Positions 23,201-34,432 of a stretch of DNA of 64,000 bases are shown piece by piece. The notes beneath the pieces were generated by a model. The model was not told the DNA's origin. It was given only the letters and a program-made list of their open reading frames with translations, and did no database searches. Origin of the DNA: Mobula hypostoma (lineage: Eukaryota); the NCBI RefSeq assembly GCF_963921235.1, contig NC_086118.1, positions 17,920,001 through 17,984,000 on the forward strand. The letters run 5' to 3'. Position numbers and translations under genes: made by a program. The number at the start of each line of letters is the position of its first letter. The first letter of the stretch is position 1.

Positions 23201-23494
23201 TTTTTCACTCTACTCTTTCATCTGGCATATATATTATACACTTTAAATGATTTTTTCACACTTTTTAATCAAATTGAAATGATAATCTCTTGTCTGAGGA
23301 CAACTGATTTTGTCGGTACTGGGCTATCATATAATCATATAATTTATAAAATTAAAAACAAACAGATGAAAAAATGTTACATTTGTGCAAAAGACCCTCA
23401 AATGATGAACCCTGATTATTTTAAATAAGAAAATGTTATTCATTTTCACAGAATTAGCACTTTTCTTAGTGGGACATGTTTTTGCCGAAGTCTC
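20213..23494 (-). mobile_element. Truncated Sola2-like DNA transposon with pseudogenised transposase
   Basis: Frameshifted minus-strand ORFs from about 22375: SYSSFSALRPFYV, HHEN, CC.....CLLRSC..C, EWQQW, HVDFSE..KCKY, LHTGMYY...FCTIS...AIWTH, DGPTT. Terminus reads 5'-GAGACTTCGGCAAAAACATG at 23494 (GRG end). The other TIR is absent. Confidence 0.7.
21094..21378 (-). mobile_element. Internally deleted CR1 fragment inserted in the Sola-like transposase
   Basis: FADDTK RT segment joined directly to the 3' tail (CTATG repeats); TSD tctttca 21087-21093 / 21379-21385. Confidence 0.85.
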
Positions 23495-24184
23495 AAGAAT
23501 CAGTGTTCAATAATTTTCCTGCCTGCTTCTTTGTCCTGAATACCTGCAAGTCCTGCAGTGATTGTAGAGTACACCAATAACCTTATCTGCTTTCTGACAG
23601 TTTGCTGTGGTATTCAAATACTGTGAGAGGATGCTGCGCCAAACCAGACAGTGATGACTGATGTGAGGCTGCTGTCTATAATAGCAGTGTAGAATTACTC
23701 CTGCTTGTTTTGTGGAAGGTGGAATTTTACTGACTGCCACAAGAAGTACAGTACATCCTTTGCTGAGCATTTTTAATGATGAAGGAGATATGGTTCTCCC
23801 ACAAGAGATCCTGCGAAATAATGATGCCCAGGAACTTGAATGTTGATGTGGTGCTAAGTGTAGCATTGTTGATGATGAGTGGGTAGAGAGGAGGCACATT
23901 TCTCCTGAAATCTGTATGCATTTCCACAGTTTTGAGGGCATTCAGCTCTAAGCTGTGTTTACACCAGGGCACTAGCTTGTTTACTTCCTGGCGGTACTAA
24001 GATTTGTCACCTCTGGTGATTAATCCTATGATACTGTTGTCATTTGAAAACTTTATTGGTTTAACTGACAGAGATGTAGTCATTGGTGTACAGGGAAAAT
24101 AGGAGAGGGGAGAGAGCACACTCCCGTGGCATACCAGTGCTGACTGAGGGGTCTGTGGAGATGTACTTGCCAAGTCTCAAATAC

Positions 24185-26040
24185 GACCATAAGTTCATAA
24201 GACATGTGGACAGGGTTAGGCCATTCGGCCCATTGGGGCTGCTCCACCATTTTATTGTGGCTGATATACTATCCACCTCGACCCAATTTTTCTGCCTTTA
24301 CTCCGTAACCTTTGACACCCTATCAACCTCTATTTTAAATATACCCAATGACTTGGACTCAACAGTTGTCCGTAGAGATGAATTCCACATATTCACCACC
24401 CTCTGAATAAAGAAATTCCTCCCCATCTCTGTTCTAAAGTGAGGTCCTTGTAATCAGTGCCTGTGTCCTCTGGTCCTGAACCCCCCCATTGGAGGAAAAC
24501 ATACTCTCATATCCACTCTTATCTAATCCTTTTGATATTCGACAAGTTTCAATGAGATCCCTCCTCATTCTTCTAAACTGTGGCGAGTACAAGGTTAATA
24601 CTTTCAAACACGCCTCATATGTTAATCCTTTCATTCCCAGGATCATTCTCGTAAATCTTTTCTGGATCTTCTCCAATGACAACTCATCATTTCTTTGATA
24701 AGGGGCCCAAAACTGCTTATTATATTCCAAGTATCATCTGACAAATGTGTTATAAAGCCTCAGCATTACATCCTTGCTTTTAAATTCCAGTGCTCTCAGC
24801 ATATGTGCTAACATTACATTTGAGTCCTTACTACCGACTTTTATGCGACTTTTATGGAATTGTGCATGAGGACTCCCAAGTCCCTTTGCATCTCTGATTT
24901 CTGAATTTCCTCTCTATTTAGAAAATAGTCTGTACCTTTATTCGTTCTACCAAGTGCATCGCCATACAACCTCCTTACACTGTCTTCTTCGCCCACTCAC
25001 CCAATCTGTCCAAGTTCCTCTGCAAGCACCTTGCTTCCTCGACACTCTTCCACCTATTTTTGTATTAGCTGCAAACTTGGTTACAAAGCCATCAATTCTG
25101 TCATCCAGGTCATTAACATGTAACATGAAAAGAAGCGGTCCCAACACCGACTCCTTTGGAGCACTGCTAGTCACTGGCAGTCAACTGGAAAAGGCTCCTT
25201 TTATTCCCACTTTTTGCCTCCTGCCGGTCAACCAATTTTCTATCCATGTTAGTATCTTTCCAGTAATACCATGGGTCTTTCTTATATGAAGCACATTGTC
25301 AAATGCCTTCTGAAAATCCAAGTACACAACACCCACTGACACTCCTCTGTTTATCCTGCCTGTTATTTCCTCAAAGAATTCTAACAGATTTGTTAGGCAA
25401 GATTTCCTCTTAAAGGAAACTGTGCTGACTTGGGCCTATTTTATTATGTGCCTCCAAGTACCCTGAAACCCCATCCTTAATAACACATTCTAACATCCTT
25501 CCAACTACAGAAGTCAAACTAACTGGCCTATAAATGTCCTCTCTTCTGCCTCCCTCCCTTCTTAAAGAGTGGAGTAACATTTGCAATTTTCTAGCCCTCT
25601 GGAACCATTCCAGAATCTAATTAATTCTGATAGATTATTACTAATGCTTCCATAATCTCTTCAGCTGCCTGTTTCAGAACCCTGGGGTGTACTCCATCTG
25701 GTCCATGTGACTCATCTACCTTCAAACCATCCCAGGCACGTTCTCCTTTGTAATAGCAACTATTCTGCCTCCTGACGCACTTCAATTTCTGGTATACTGC
25801 TGGTTGTCTTCTACAGTGAAGGCTGATGTGAAGTTAATTTGATATTTTTTATCCCCCATATACTCCAGTGATATGACATCCACTCTCGCCTCTCTTTTAC
25901 TTCTTTGGTATCCTCGTTGATATTATTGGCATGCTTACTTCATATTATATCATATTTTTCTCCTTGCTTTTTTAGTTGAGTTCTGTTGGCTTTTTAAAAG
26001 CTTCCCAATCCTTTTGCTTCCCATTATTCCAACTACCCAC
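24185..26040 (-). mobile_element. CR1 LINE RT/3' portion
   Basis: SVLGPLLF, FAANTK, FWAPY and KRFTRMI motifs; ttatggtc tail at about 24185. Confidence 0.85.
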
Positions 26041-26766
26041 TAAAGATACTGTTCCTGTCAGAGAGGAAGTTTAGGATCCACTTGCAGATGGGACCTAGTA
26101 CATTAAACTTGGAGAGTTTCTCTTGCTCAGGGATGATGGTATTGAAGCTCAAGAGAAATCGACAAAGAGAATACTAGCCTATGTACCAGAGGAGTGAGGT
26201 GCTGTATTATGAAATCCAGACCGATGTTAATTGCATCATCTACAGTTCTGTTGGCTCTGTAGATGAACTGCAGCAGATCTAGAAAGTTTTAAGTTATGGA
26301 TCTGAGCAATGACATAACCAGCCTTTCAAAAGTCTTCATTGTGATTGATGTGAGTGCAACTGGCCTGTAGTCATTGAGTCCAGCGATCTTTGATTTTTTG
26401 GGGACTGAAATAAATACAGATTTCTTGCAACATGTTAGGAGACTGATTGAAAATGTCTGTAAAGGCTGTTGATAGATGATTAGCACAGTGTTTAAGGATG
26501 GTAAGGGAGACAGACTCAGGGTTCGCAGCCTTCCTGATATTTTGCTTCCCGAGCAGCTTCCTCTCCTACTCCTTGACAACTAAGCGTGTGGGGTATTGGT
26601 GATGATCTGGCTGAACAGGCGTTTGACAGGGTTCTTTGAAATGTCATCTGTGAGTCAAATGTGAAGTAGAACTCATTTATCAAGTTTGGGAGGGGGGGTC
26701 ATTGACAGTGGATGTCTTTTTGTAAACACGAGGAAATCTGCAGACGCTGGAAATTCAAGCAACATA

Positions 26767-27399
26767 GTCATAGTCATAGTCATACTTTATTGATCCCGGG
26801 GGAAATTGGTTTTCATTACAGTTGCACCATAAATAATAAATAGTAATAGAAACATAAATAGTTAAATAGTAATATGTAAATTATGCCAGTAAATTATGAA
26901 ATAAGTCCAGGACCAGCCTATTGGCTCAGGGTGTCTGACCCTCCAAAGGAGGAGTTGTAAAGTTTGATGGCCACAGGCAGGAATGACTTCCTATGACGCT
27001 CTGTGCTGCATCTCGGTGGAATGAGTCTCTGGCTGAATGTACTCCTGTGCCCACCCAGTACATTATGTAGTGGATGGGAGACATTGACCAAGATGGCATG
27101 CAACTTAGACAGCATCCTCTTTTCAGATACCACTGTGAGAGAGTCCAGTTCCATCCCCACAACATCACTGGCCTTACGAATGAGTTAGTTGATTCTGTTG
27201 GTGTCTGCCACCCTCAGCCTGCTGCCCCAGCACACAACAGCAAACATGATTGCACTGGCCACCACAGACTTGTAGAACATCCTGAGCATCATCCGGCAGA
27301 TGTTAAAGGACCTCAGTCTCCTCAGGAAATAGAGATGGCTCTGACCCTTCTTGTAGACAGCCTCAGTGTTCTTTGACCAGTCCAGTTTATTGTCATACA
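26767..27399 (-). mobile_element. Young Rex1/Babar-like 3' fragment nested in the Penelope inverted arm
   Basis: KLDWSKNTEAVYKKGQS.LYFLRRLRSFN, SHPLH, RKSFLPVAIKLYN; (CTATGA)n tail; TSD caacata 26760-26766 / 27400-27406. Confidence 0.88.
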
Positions 27400-27460
27400 C
27401 AACATACACAAAATGCTGGTGGAACGCAGCAGGCCAGACAGCATCCATAGGAAGAATTAC

Positions 27461-27493
27461 AGTCGACGTTTCAGGCCGAGACCCTTCGTCAGG
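27461..27493 (-). ncRNA. Hammerhead core truncated in stem I at the inversion junction
   Basis: Minus strand reads C CTGACGA A GGGT CTCG GCCT GAAAC GTC GACT. The 5' strand of stem I is replaced by the RT junction. Confidence 0.6.
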
Positions 27494-28903
27494 TATCCAT
27501 CCCCCACTTTTCCTTCGCTACATCGATGACTGCATTGGCGCTGCTTCCTACACGCATGATGAGCTGGTTGAATTCATTAACTTTGCCTCCAACTTTCACC
27601 CTGCCCTCAAATTTACCTAGTCCATTTTCGACACCTCCCTCCCCTTTCTTGATCTTTTTGTCTCTATCTCTGGATACAGCTTATCTACTGATGTCTACTA
27701 TAAGCCTACGGATACTCACAGCTACCTGGACTATTCCTCTTCTCACCCTGTCTCTAGCAAAAGTGCATGCCCTTCTCGCAATTCCTCCGTCTCTGCTGCA
27801 TCTGCTCTCAGGATGAGGCTTTTCATTCCAAGACAAAGGAGATGTCTTCCTTTTTTAAAGAAAGGGGCTTCCCTTCCTCCACCATCAACTCTGCTCTCAA
27901 ATGCATCTCTCCCATTTCACGCACTCTGCTGTCACCCCATCCTCTGCCACCCCACTGGGGATAGGGTTCCCCTTGTCCTCACCTACCACCCCACCAGCCT
28001 CCGGGTCCAACATATAATTCTCCGTAACTTCCGCCACCTTCAACAGGATCCCACCACCAAGCACATCTTTCCCTCCCCCACCTTTCTGCTTTCCACAGGG
28101 ATTGCTCCCTACGCGACTCCCTTGTCCATTCGTCCCTCCCATCCCTTCCTACCGATCTCCCTCCCAGCACTTAACCCTGTAAGCGGAACAAGTGCTACAC
28201 ATGCCCTTGCATTTTCTCCCTCAGCACCATTCAGGGCCCCAGACAGTCCTTCCAAGTGAGGTGACACTTCACCTGTGAGTTGGCTGGTGTGCTATACTGT
28301 GTCCAGTGCTCCCGATGTGGCCTTCTATATATTGGCGAGACTCGACGCAGACTGGGAGACCGTTTCGCTGAACACCTACACTCCATCTGCCAGAGAAAAC
28401 ATGATCTCCCAGTGGCCACACATTTTAATTCCATGTCCCATTCCCATTCTGATATGACAATCCATGGTCTCTTCTACTGTCAAGATGAAGCCACACTCAG
28501 GTTGGAGGAACAACACTTTATATTCCGTCTGGGTAGCCTCCAACCTGATGGCAAGAACATTGACTTCTCTAACTTCCGTTAATGCCCCTCTTCCCCTTCT
28601 TATCCCATCCCTTATTTATTTATGTATTTATCATTTTTTCCTTTTTCTCTCTCTTTTTTCTCTCTCTATCCCTCTCACAATAACTCCTTGCCTGCTCTCC
28701 ATCTTCCTCTGGGCTCCCCTCCCCCTTTCTTTCTCCCTAGGCCTCCCGTCCCATGATCGTCTCCCTTCTCCAGCCTTGTATCCCTTTTGCCAATCAACTT
28801 CCCAGCTCTTGGCTCCATCCCTCCCCCTCCTGTCTTCTCCTATCATTTCGATCTCCCCCTCCCCCTCCCACTTTCAAATCTCTTACTCTCTCTTATTTCA
28901 GTT

Positions 28904-28939
28904 AGTCCTGACGAAGGGTCTCGGCCTGAAACGTCGACT
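28904..28939 (+). ncRNA. Minimal type I hammerhead ribozyme motif, intact core
   Basis: AGTC CTGACGA A GGGT CTCG GCCT GAAAC GTC GACT, identical to 13702-13737. Predicted cleavage after C28935. Confidence 0.82.
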
Positions 28940-29483
28940 GTATTTCTTCCCATAGATGCTGCCTGGCCTGCTGCATTCCACCAGTATTTTGTAGGTGTTT
29001 GTCTTCTTTTTGTAGTTGGTAACGGACTGAAAGCCTTTCTAAACTGAAGCACAGTCATCTACAGAAAACTGGTTTTCCAGTATTTGGCAGCTCTGATTGG
29101 GTTCTGTAGCTTGTATGTTGTGTTTTTCTGCTCCTCGTTTTGTCCACTCCTTTAGGCCTTGTCCTCCTTATCATGGTAGAAAGCCTCCTATTGGATGCAT
29201 AACTGCTTGGTGTGGAAAATATTCTGCACATGGCCATGAGAAAATGCAGAGCTGTGCACACAACTCAGCACAAAATGGAAAACAGGCACTCCTCCATGGA
29301 CTCTGCCTGCGCTTTTCACTGCATCGGTAAAGCAGCCATAATAATCAAAGACGCCAGCCACCCTAAACATTCTCTCTTCTTCCCATTCTACTTTCCCTGT
29401 AGCTGCTATACTTTATTCTGCACTGTTATTGGTTTACCTTGTTCTACCTTTATACACTGTTTAATGTATCATGATACATGCTA

Positions 29484-32400
29484 TAGATCATAGAATAGTA
29501 CAGTACAGGGCCGGCTGGTGACATCGGCGCCAGACCCGGGAGCGGGGGTTCCCGGGTTCAAAACCAGTCGGGTCCGCTCCCAAGTACGTTTTCCATCCGT
29601 GCCGGGTTGAATGTCGAGATCGCAACTCGACCTCGTAAAATAAAGGGAAAAATACTGCGAAAATGTCTGTGTGGGGAGTGGCGGGCCACACAGTCTCTCT
29701 CTCTCTCCGCGCCTTGTAAAAGCCATGAAAAAGACATCATCAGGGATGCACACACACAGATGCGCACGCACGCAGATGCGCACGCACGCACACGTGCAGA
29801 CTTACATGCACGCAGGCACACGCAAAAAAAAAAGAATAGTACATTACAGGTGTTTAGTTCACGATGTTGTGCCTACTTTCTAACCTGCTCCTAGATCAAT
29901 CTAACCCTTGGCTCCCACATAGCTCTCCAATTTTATTCCATCCCCATGCCTATCTAAGAGTCTCTTAAATGTCCCTAATGTATATGCCACTACCACCACC
30001 TCTGGCAGTGTGTTTCATTAAGTTGTTACTTTCATGTAAAAAGTAGCTACCTCTGATATCCCTCCCTCCATAATTTCCTCCAATTATCTTAAAATTATGC
30101 ATATCAGCCATTGCCGCGCTGGAGAAAAAAATACTGGTTGTCGATTCTGTCTATGTCTTTTATCATTTTATACACCTCTCTCAACTTGCTTCCCATCCTC
30201 TTTCACTCCAAGGGAAAAACCCCAATCCAGGCAGCATCTGGGTAAATCTCCTCTGCACCCTCTCTAAAGCTTCCACGTCCTTCCTGTAATGAGATGACTA
30301 GAACTAAACACAATACTCCGAGTGTGGTCAACCAGAGTTTTTTAGACCAGCAGTATTACCTCGTGGTTCTTGAACTCAGTCCCCTAACTAATGAAGGCCA
30401 GCACATCATATTCCTTCTTAACTACCCTATCAACATGAGTGGTAACTTTGAGACTTTGAGGGATCTATGGATATGTATCCCAAAATCCTCTGATCCTCCT
30501 CACTGCTAAGAACCCTACCATTAACCTTGTACTCAGCCTTCAAAATTGATATTATAAACTGCATCACTTCACACTTCTCTGGATTGAACTCCATCTGGCA
30601 CATCTCAGCCGAGCACTGCATTCTATCAATATCTCTTTGTAACCTACTACAACTTTCTACACTGTCCACAGCAGCACCAACCTTCATGTAACCTGCAAAC
30701 TTACTAACCCACCTTCCACTTCCTCATCTAAGTCATCTATAAAAAGCACAAAGAGGTGGGGTCCCAAAATAGTGGAACATCAGTAGTCAGAGACGCCCAG
30801 GCAGAATGTGCTACGTCTGCTACCACCATCTACCTTTTGTGGACAAGTAAGTTCTCAATCCATATACCCAAGTTTCCCTGAATCCTATGCCTCTTGACTT
30901 TTTGAATGATCCTACCATGGGGCACCTTGTCAAATGCTTTATTAAAATCCATATGAATCACATCTCCCACTCTACCTTCATCAGTTTATTTTGTTATTTT
31001 CTCAAAAAAGGCAGGCAGGCTCGTGAAGAACAACCTGCACCTCACAAAGCCACCTAACACCACTCAATCAAACTATAGTTCTCCAAATGGTTGTAAATCA
31101 TGTCTCTACGAATCCTCTGCAGTAGTTTGCCCACCATTGATGTATGACTGACTGGTCTATAATTCCTAAGATTATTTCTATTATCTTTCTTGAACAAAAA
31201 TAAAATACCACTTGCCACCATCCCTCCAATCTTCTGGTACAGTGCCTGTGGCCAGTGTGGCCATAAAGATCATCACCAAAGCACAACGATCTCTTCCCTT
31301 ACTCCCTGTAGTATCTTAGAGTATATCCCATCCAACCTCAGGTACTTATTGATCCTAATGCTTTTTAAATGTTCCAGTACATTCTTTTCATAACCTCAAC
31401 ATGTTCTCGTGTGTTATCCTGTTCTATGCTGACTTTACACCTTTTGCCTACTGTCCCTGATCAGTCCTATCCTCACTCTAGTAATCCACATGTTCTTTAC
31501 ATGTGTGTAGAATTCCCTGGGGATTTCTTTAATCCTACTCACCAATGCCTTCTCATGAGCCCTTCTAGCTCTCCTAAATCTATCCTTAAGCTCTTTCCCA
31601 GATGTCTTTTAATTCTCAAGAGCCCTAGCTGATCCTTACTCCCTAATCCTTAAGTAAACATCTTTCTTCCTTTTGATTAGATGTTTCACATCTCTTGTCA
31701 ACCATGGTCCCTTCACCTTACCATCCCTTCCCTACCTCCAAAACTATCTAGAATGTCATGCAAGTGCTCCCTAAACAAACTGCATATTTCTGTTCTGCAT
31801 TTCCCTGAGATCATCTGTTCTCAATTTATGCTCCCAAGTTCCTACCTAATACCATCATAATTCCCCCTCCCTCTATTAAATTCTTTTCTGTCCATGTCCA
31901 GTGCTATGTTAAAGGTCAAGGAGTTACGGTCAGTGACTCTGGAATGCTCACCCACCAAGAGATCTGTCACCTGACCAGGTTTAAGGTTAATTTATTACCA
32001 GAGTATGTATAAGTCACCATATACTACCTTAAGATCATTACCAAATATTAGATCCATTATGGGCTCAGCTTGTCTGCATATTGTGTCACAAATTCTTCCT
32101 GGACATATCTAACCAAATTCTGTCTTAACCGAACCTTTTGTACTAAGGATTTGCTAATCAATATTAAGGCAGACTCGATGGGCTGAATGGCCTTCTTCTG
32201 CCCCTATATCTTATGGTCTTATGGAAATTAAAATCTTGACGACAACCCTGTTATGTCTGCACCTTTCTAAAATCTGCCTATTGATCTGCTCCTCAATGTC
32301 ACTGTTGTGACTGGGGGGTGGGGTGGGAGGGGGATCTCCAGAATACTCCCAGTGGAGTGATCACTCACTTGCTGTTTCTGACTTCTACCTGGAATGACTC

Positions 32401-32900
32401 GGGATCCCTCCTTTTTGCAGCTGGGATACTATTCCTGATTAGCAAAGTCACTTCTCCACCCCCTTTACCTCCCTCCCTGTCTCTTTTGAAACATCTACAT
32501 CCCAGAAATTTTCAACTGCCATTGTGGCATCCAAGTAATAGCCATAATGTTATAGTTCCATGCCCTAAGTTCAACATTCTTGTTCCTGATATTTCTTGCA
32601 TTAAAGAGACACATTTCAACCCATCCAACTGGGAAAAAAAATCCAACTTGCATTTATGTCATATCCACTGCCTATCCTTCCTCACAGTCTCTTCACATGT
32701 AGCACCTAAATTAACAGCAACTGCTCCATCCTCTGACATAACGAACTGGTTCTCTCCCCTCTGCTACTTTAAGTTAAACCCTTCGCAAAAGCTGTGCCCG
32801 CAAGGACTTTGGTCCCTCTCATGTTCACGTGTAAGCGTCCTTTGTGTACTGGTGATTCCTTCCCCAGAAGAGATCCAAATTATCCACAAATCTGAAATCC
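29484..32900 (-). mobile_element. Decayed composite CR1 LINE (APE-RT-3' end)
   Basis: RLQRDIDRMQ..AE.CQMEFNPEKCEV and other CR1 ORF2 motifs on the minus strand; tail at about 29484. Confidence 0.78.
29510..29832 (+). mobile_element. Young tRNA-derived SINE with poly(A) tail
   Basis: B-box GGTTCAAAACC at 29555-29565, CpG-rich body, A tail. 18-bp TSD agaatagtacagtacagg (29492-29509) / agaatagtacattacagg (29833-29850). Confidence 0.85.
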
Positions 32901-34270
32901 TGTTCTTTTCTTGATGGGCCAAATGGCCTAATTCTGCTCCTATATCTTATGGTCTTCATGATTCTTCCGCCACATGTTATTTACACGTGACAATAATAAA
33001 CCAATTCCAATTCTAATCTGGTTAAGCTTAAACCATTGCTTTATTGAAGGATTTACAGACTGCAGCATGAGCTGATATACTGTAGATTTTTTTCAAATCA
33101 TTTGAATCACCAAAAATAACAATGGTATAATATTCACTTTATCAGTGTACCGTGATTTTACATGACAACATTAGAGCAGATCTTGCAATGTGGACTCTGC
33201 ACAAAACAGCAGCCTGTGTGCCTGAACTCATCTAATGGGTGTAGTATGCCTATTCTCTGATAAAGCCCGAGTGGTAGCAAGGATAAAAACGCGAAATAAA
33301 TGCTGCCCACTAAATTCCCTTGAAGGACTTGTCATTGAGCAAAGTCACATCCCCAGCTTTGTTGGCTCATTAAGTTACAAGTTCCTGAGCACTTATAACC
33401 ATGAGATAATAACAACTGTTGAAAATTAAGTTGATTAATCTATTTTATTTAAAGAAACAGCTGGAGCACATAATAACTAAAATCTTTATATCATGGCGGA
33501 ACATGGCAAGCAGAATGCAGTAAAACTCACAGTGCACAGTAAGATTGTGACTTTGGAGCTCAACTGCACATGCATGGGTAGCCCAGTTACAAACTTCTGA
33601 AAGCTTTAGTTCCATTTGGAACTGTTGGCACTTCCCATCAAGTTCTGTTATGGGCAATTTGCACACCTCTATACTGATGACGAATGTCAGCTCACACTAC
33701 AACACTGATGTTATGAGATGCACGTTGAAAAATATTTGGTAATGAAGTCTTTCCAAATTTGATTACAATTAATTATTGGAAAACTAATACAGCAATTATA
33801 TATATATAGTATAGATGTTATTTTTAATTCCTTCATTTGAAGTAGAGAATATTAAAGCACACAAATTTAGCTGCATGAGAACTTCAAAGGTAACAGAGTG
33901 TCACTTTAACTGTATCGTTTATGGTTCAGTGATAGTAATGAAACCTATCCACTATCTGACCTGTACAAAGCATCTGAAGACTGTCATCCTTATCCATCAA
34001 TTAGTCTGCCTATGCTATGCGGAACCAATGATTAAATACCACAGAATTTTTTTTCTCTGTCCTGCTAAGAAGTTTTGCATCTCTGATCCAAGTCGTGCAA
34101 CATGAAAATAAAATGAGCAGTGATTCACTTTAAACTTCTGCACTGTCATAACTGTCTACTACTACTCACAAGCACTGGAAGTAAAGGCTCATAGTCAGCA
34201 AATTAATCCACAGTATATATCTGGTCCTATTAAATGCCAGCAAAATGATTCCATGTTTCTTTCCACACAG

Positions 34271-34432
34271 GTAGCTTTGTGTTTCTCACCGGTTGGTAAC
34301 AAACTGCGGGTTCGCAGTAGGAAGTTCCCCGCTGTCGTCAACTGCACTGCAATAGACTGGTTTCATGAGTGGCCCAAGGAAGCTTTGGAGTCTGTCAGCC
34401 TGCGCTTCCTACAGGAGACCGACAATGTTGAT
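34271..34432 (+). CDS. DNAH9: Dynein heavy chain exon, [54 protein letters not shown]
   Basis: cacag acceptor, gtaaga donor, 162 nt phase 0-0. LCFSPVG...FPA..NC..IDWF..WP is the AAA4 C-terminal motif. [12 protein letters not shown] and ESVSLRFLQ match my recollection of DNAH9 better than DNAH17 or DNAH11. Confidence 0.94.

Larger units (their letters stand above)
26725..29000 (+). mobile_element. Penelope-like element: inverted pLTR arm + RT C-half + GIY-YIG endonuclease + pLTR
   Basis: LFLRYIDDCIG (RT), PFLDL, YKPTD.HSYLDYSSSHP, PFSQFLRL, VLYCVQCSRCGLLYIGETRRRLGDRFAEH (GIY-YIG), all frameshifted. TSD tctttttgta 26715-26724 / 29005-29014. Confidence 0.93.
23495..29180 (-). mobile_element. 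Rex1/Babar-like LINE split by CR1 and Penelope insertions
   Basis: Collinear pieces 29005-29180, 26040-26724 ([20 protein letters not shown]) and 23495-24180 (LSPLLFSLYTND, LELNALKTVEM, FKFLG). Confidence 0.82.

Noticed and set aside
29510..29570. tRNA gene
   Set aside because: The cloverleaf is incomplete and followed by a SINE body, poly(A) and TSD. It is a SINE head, as is 53260-53331.
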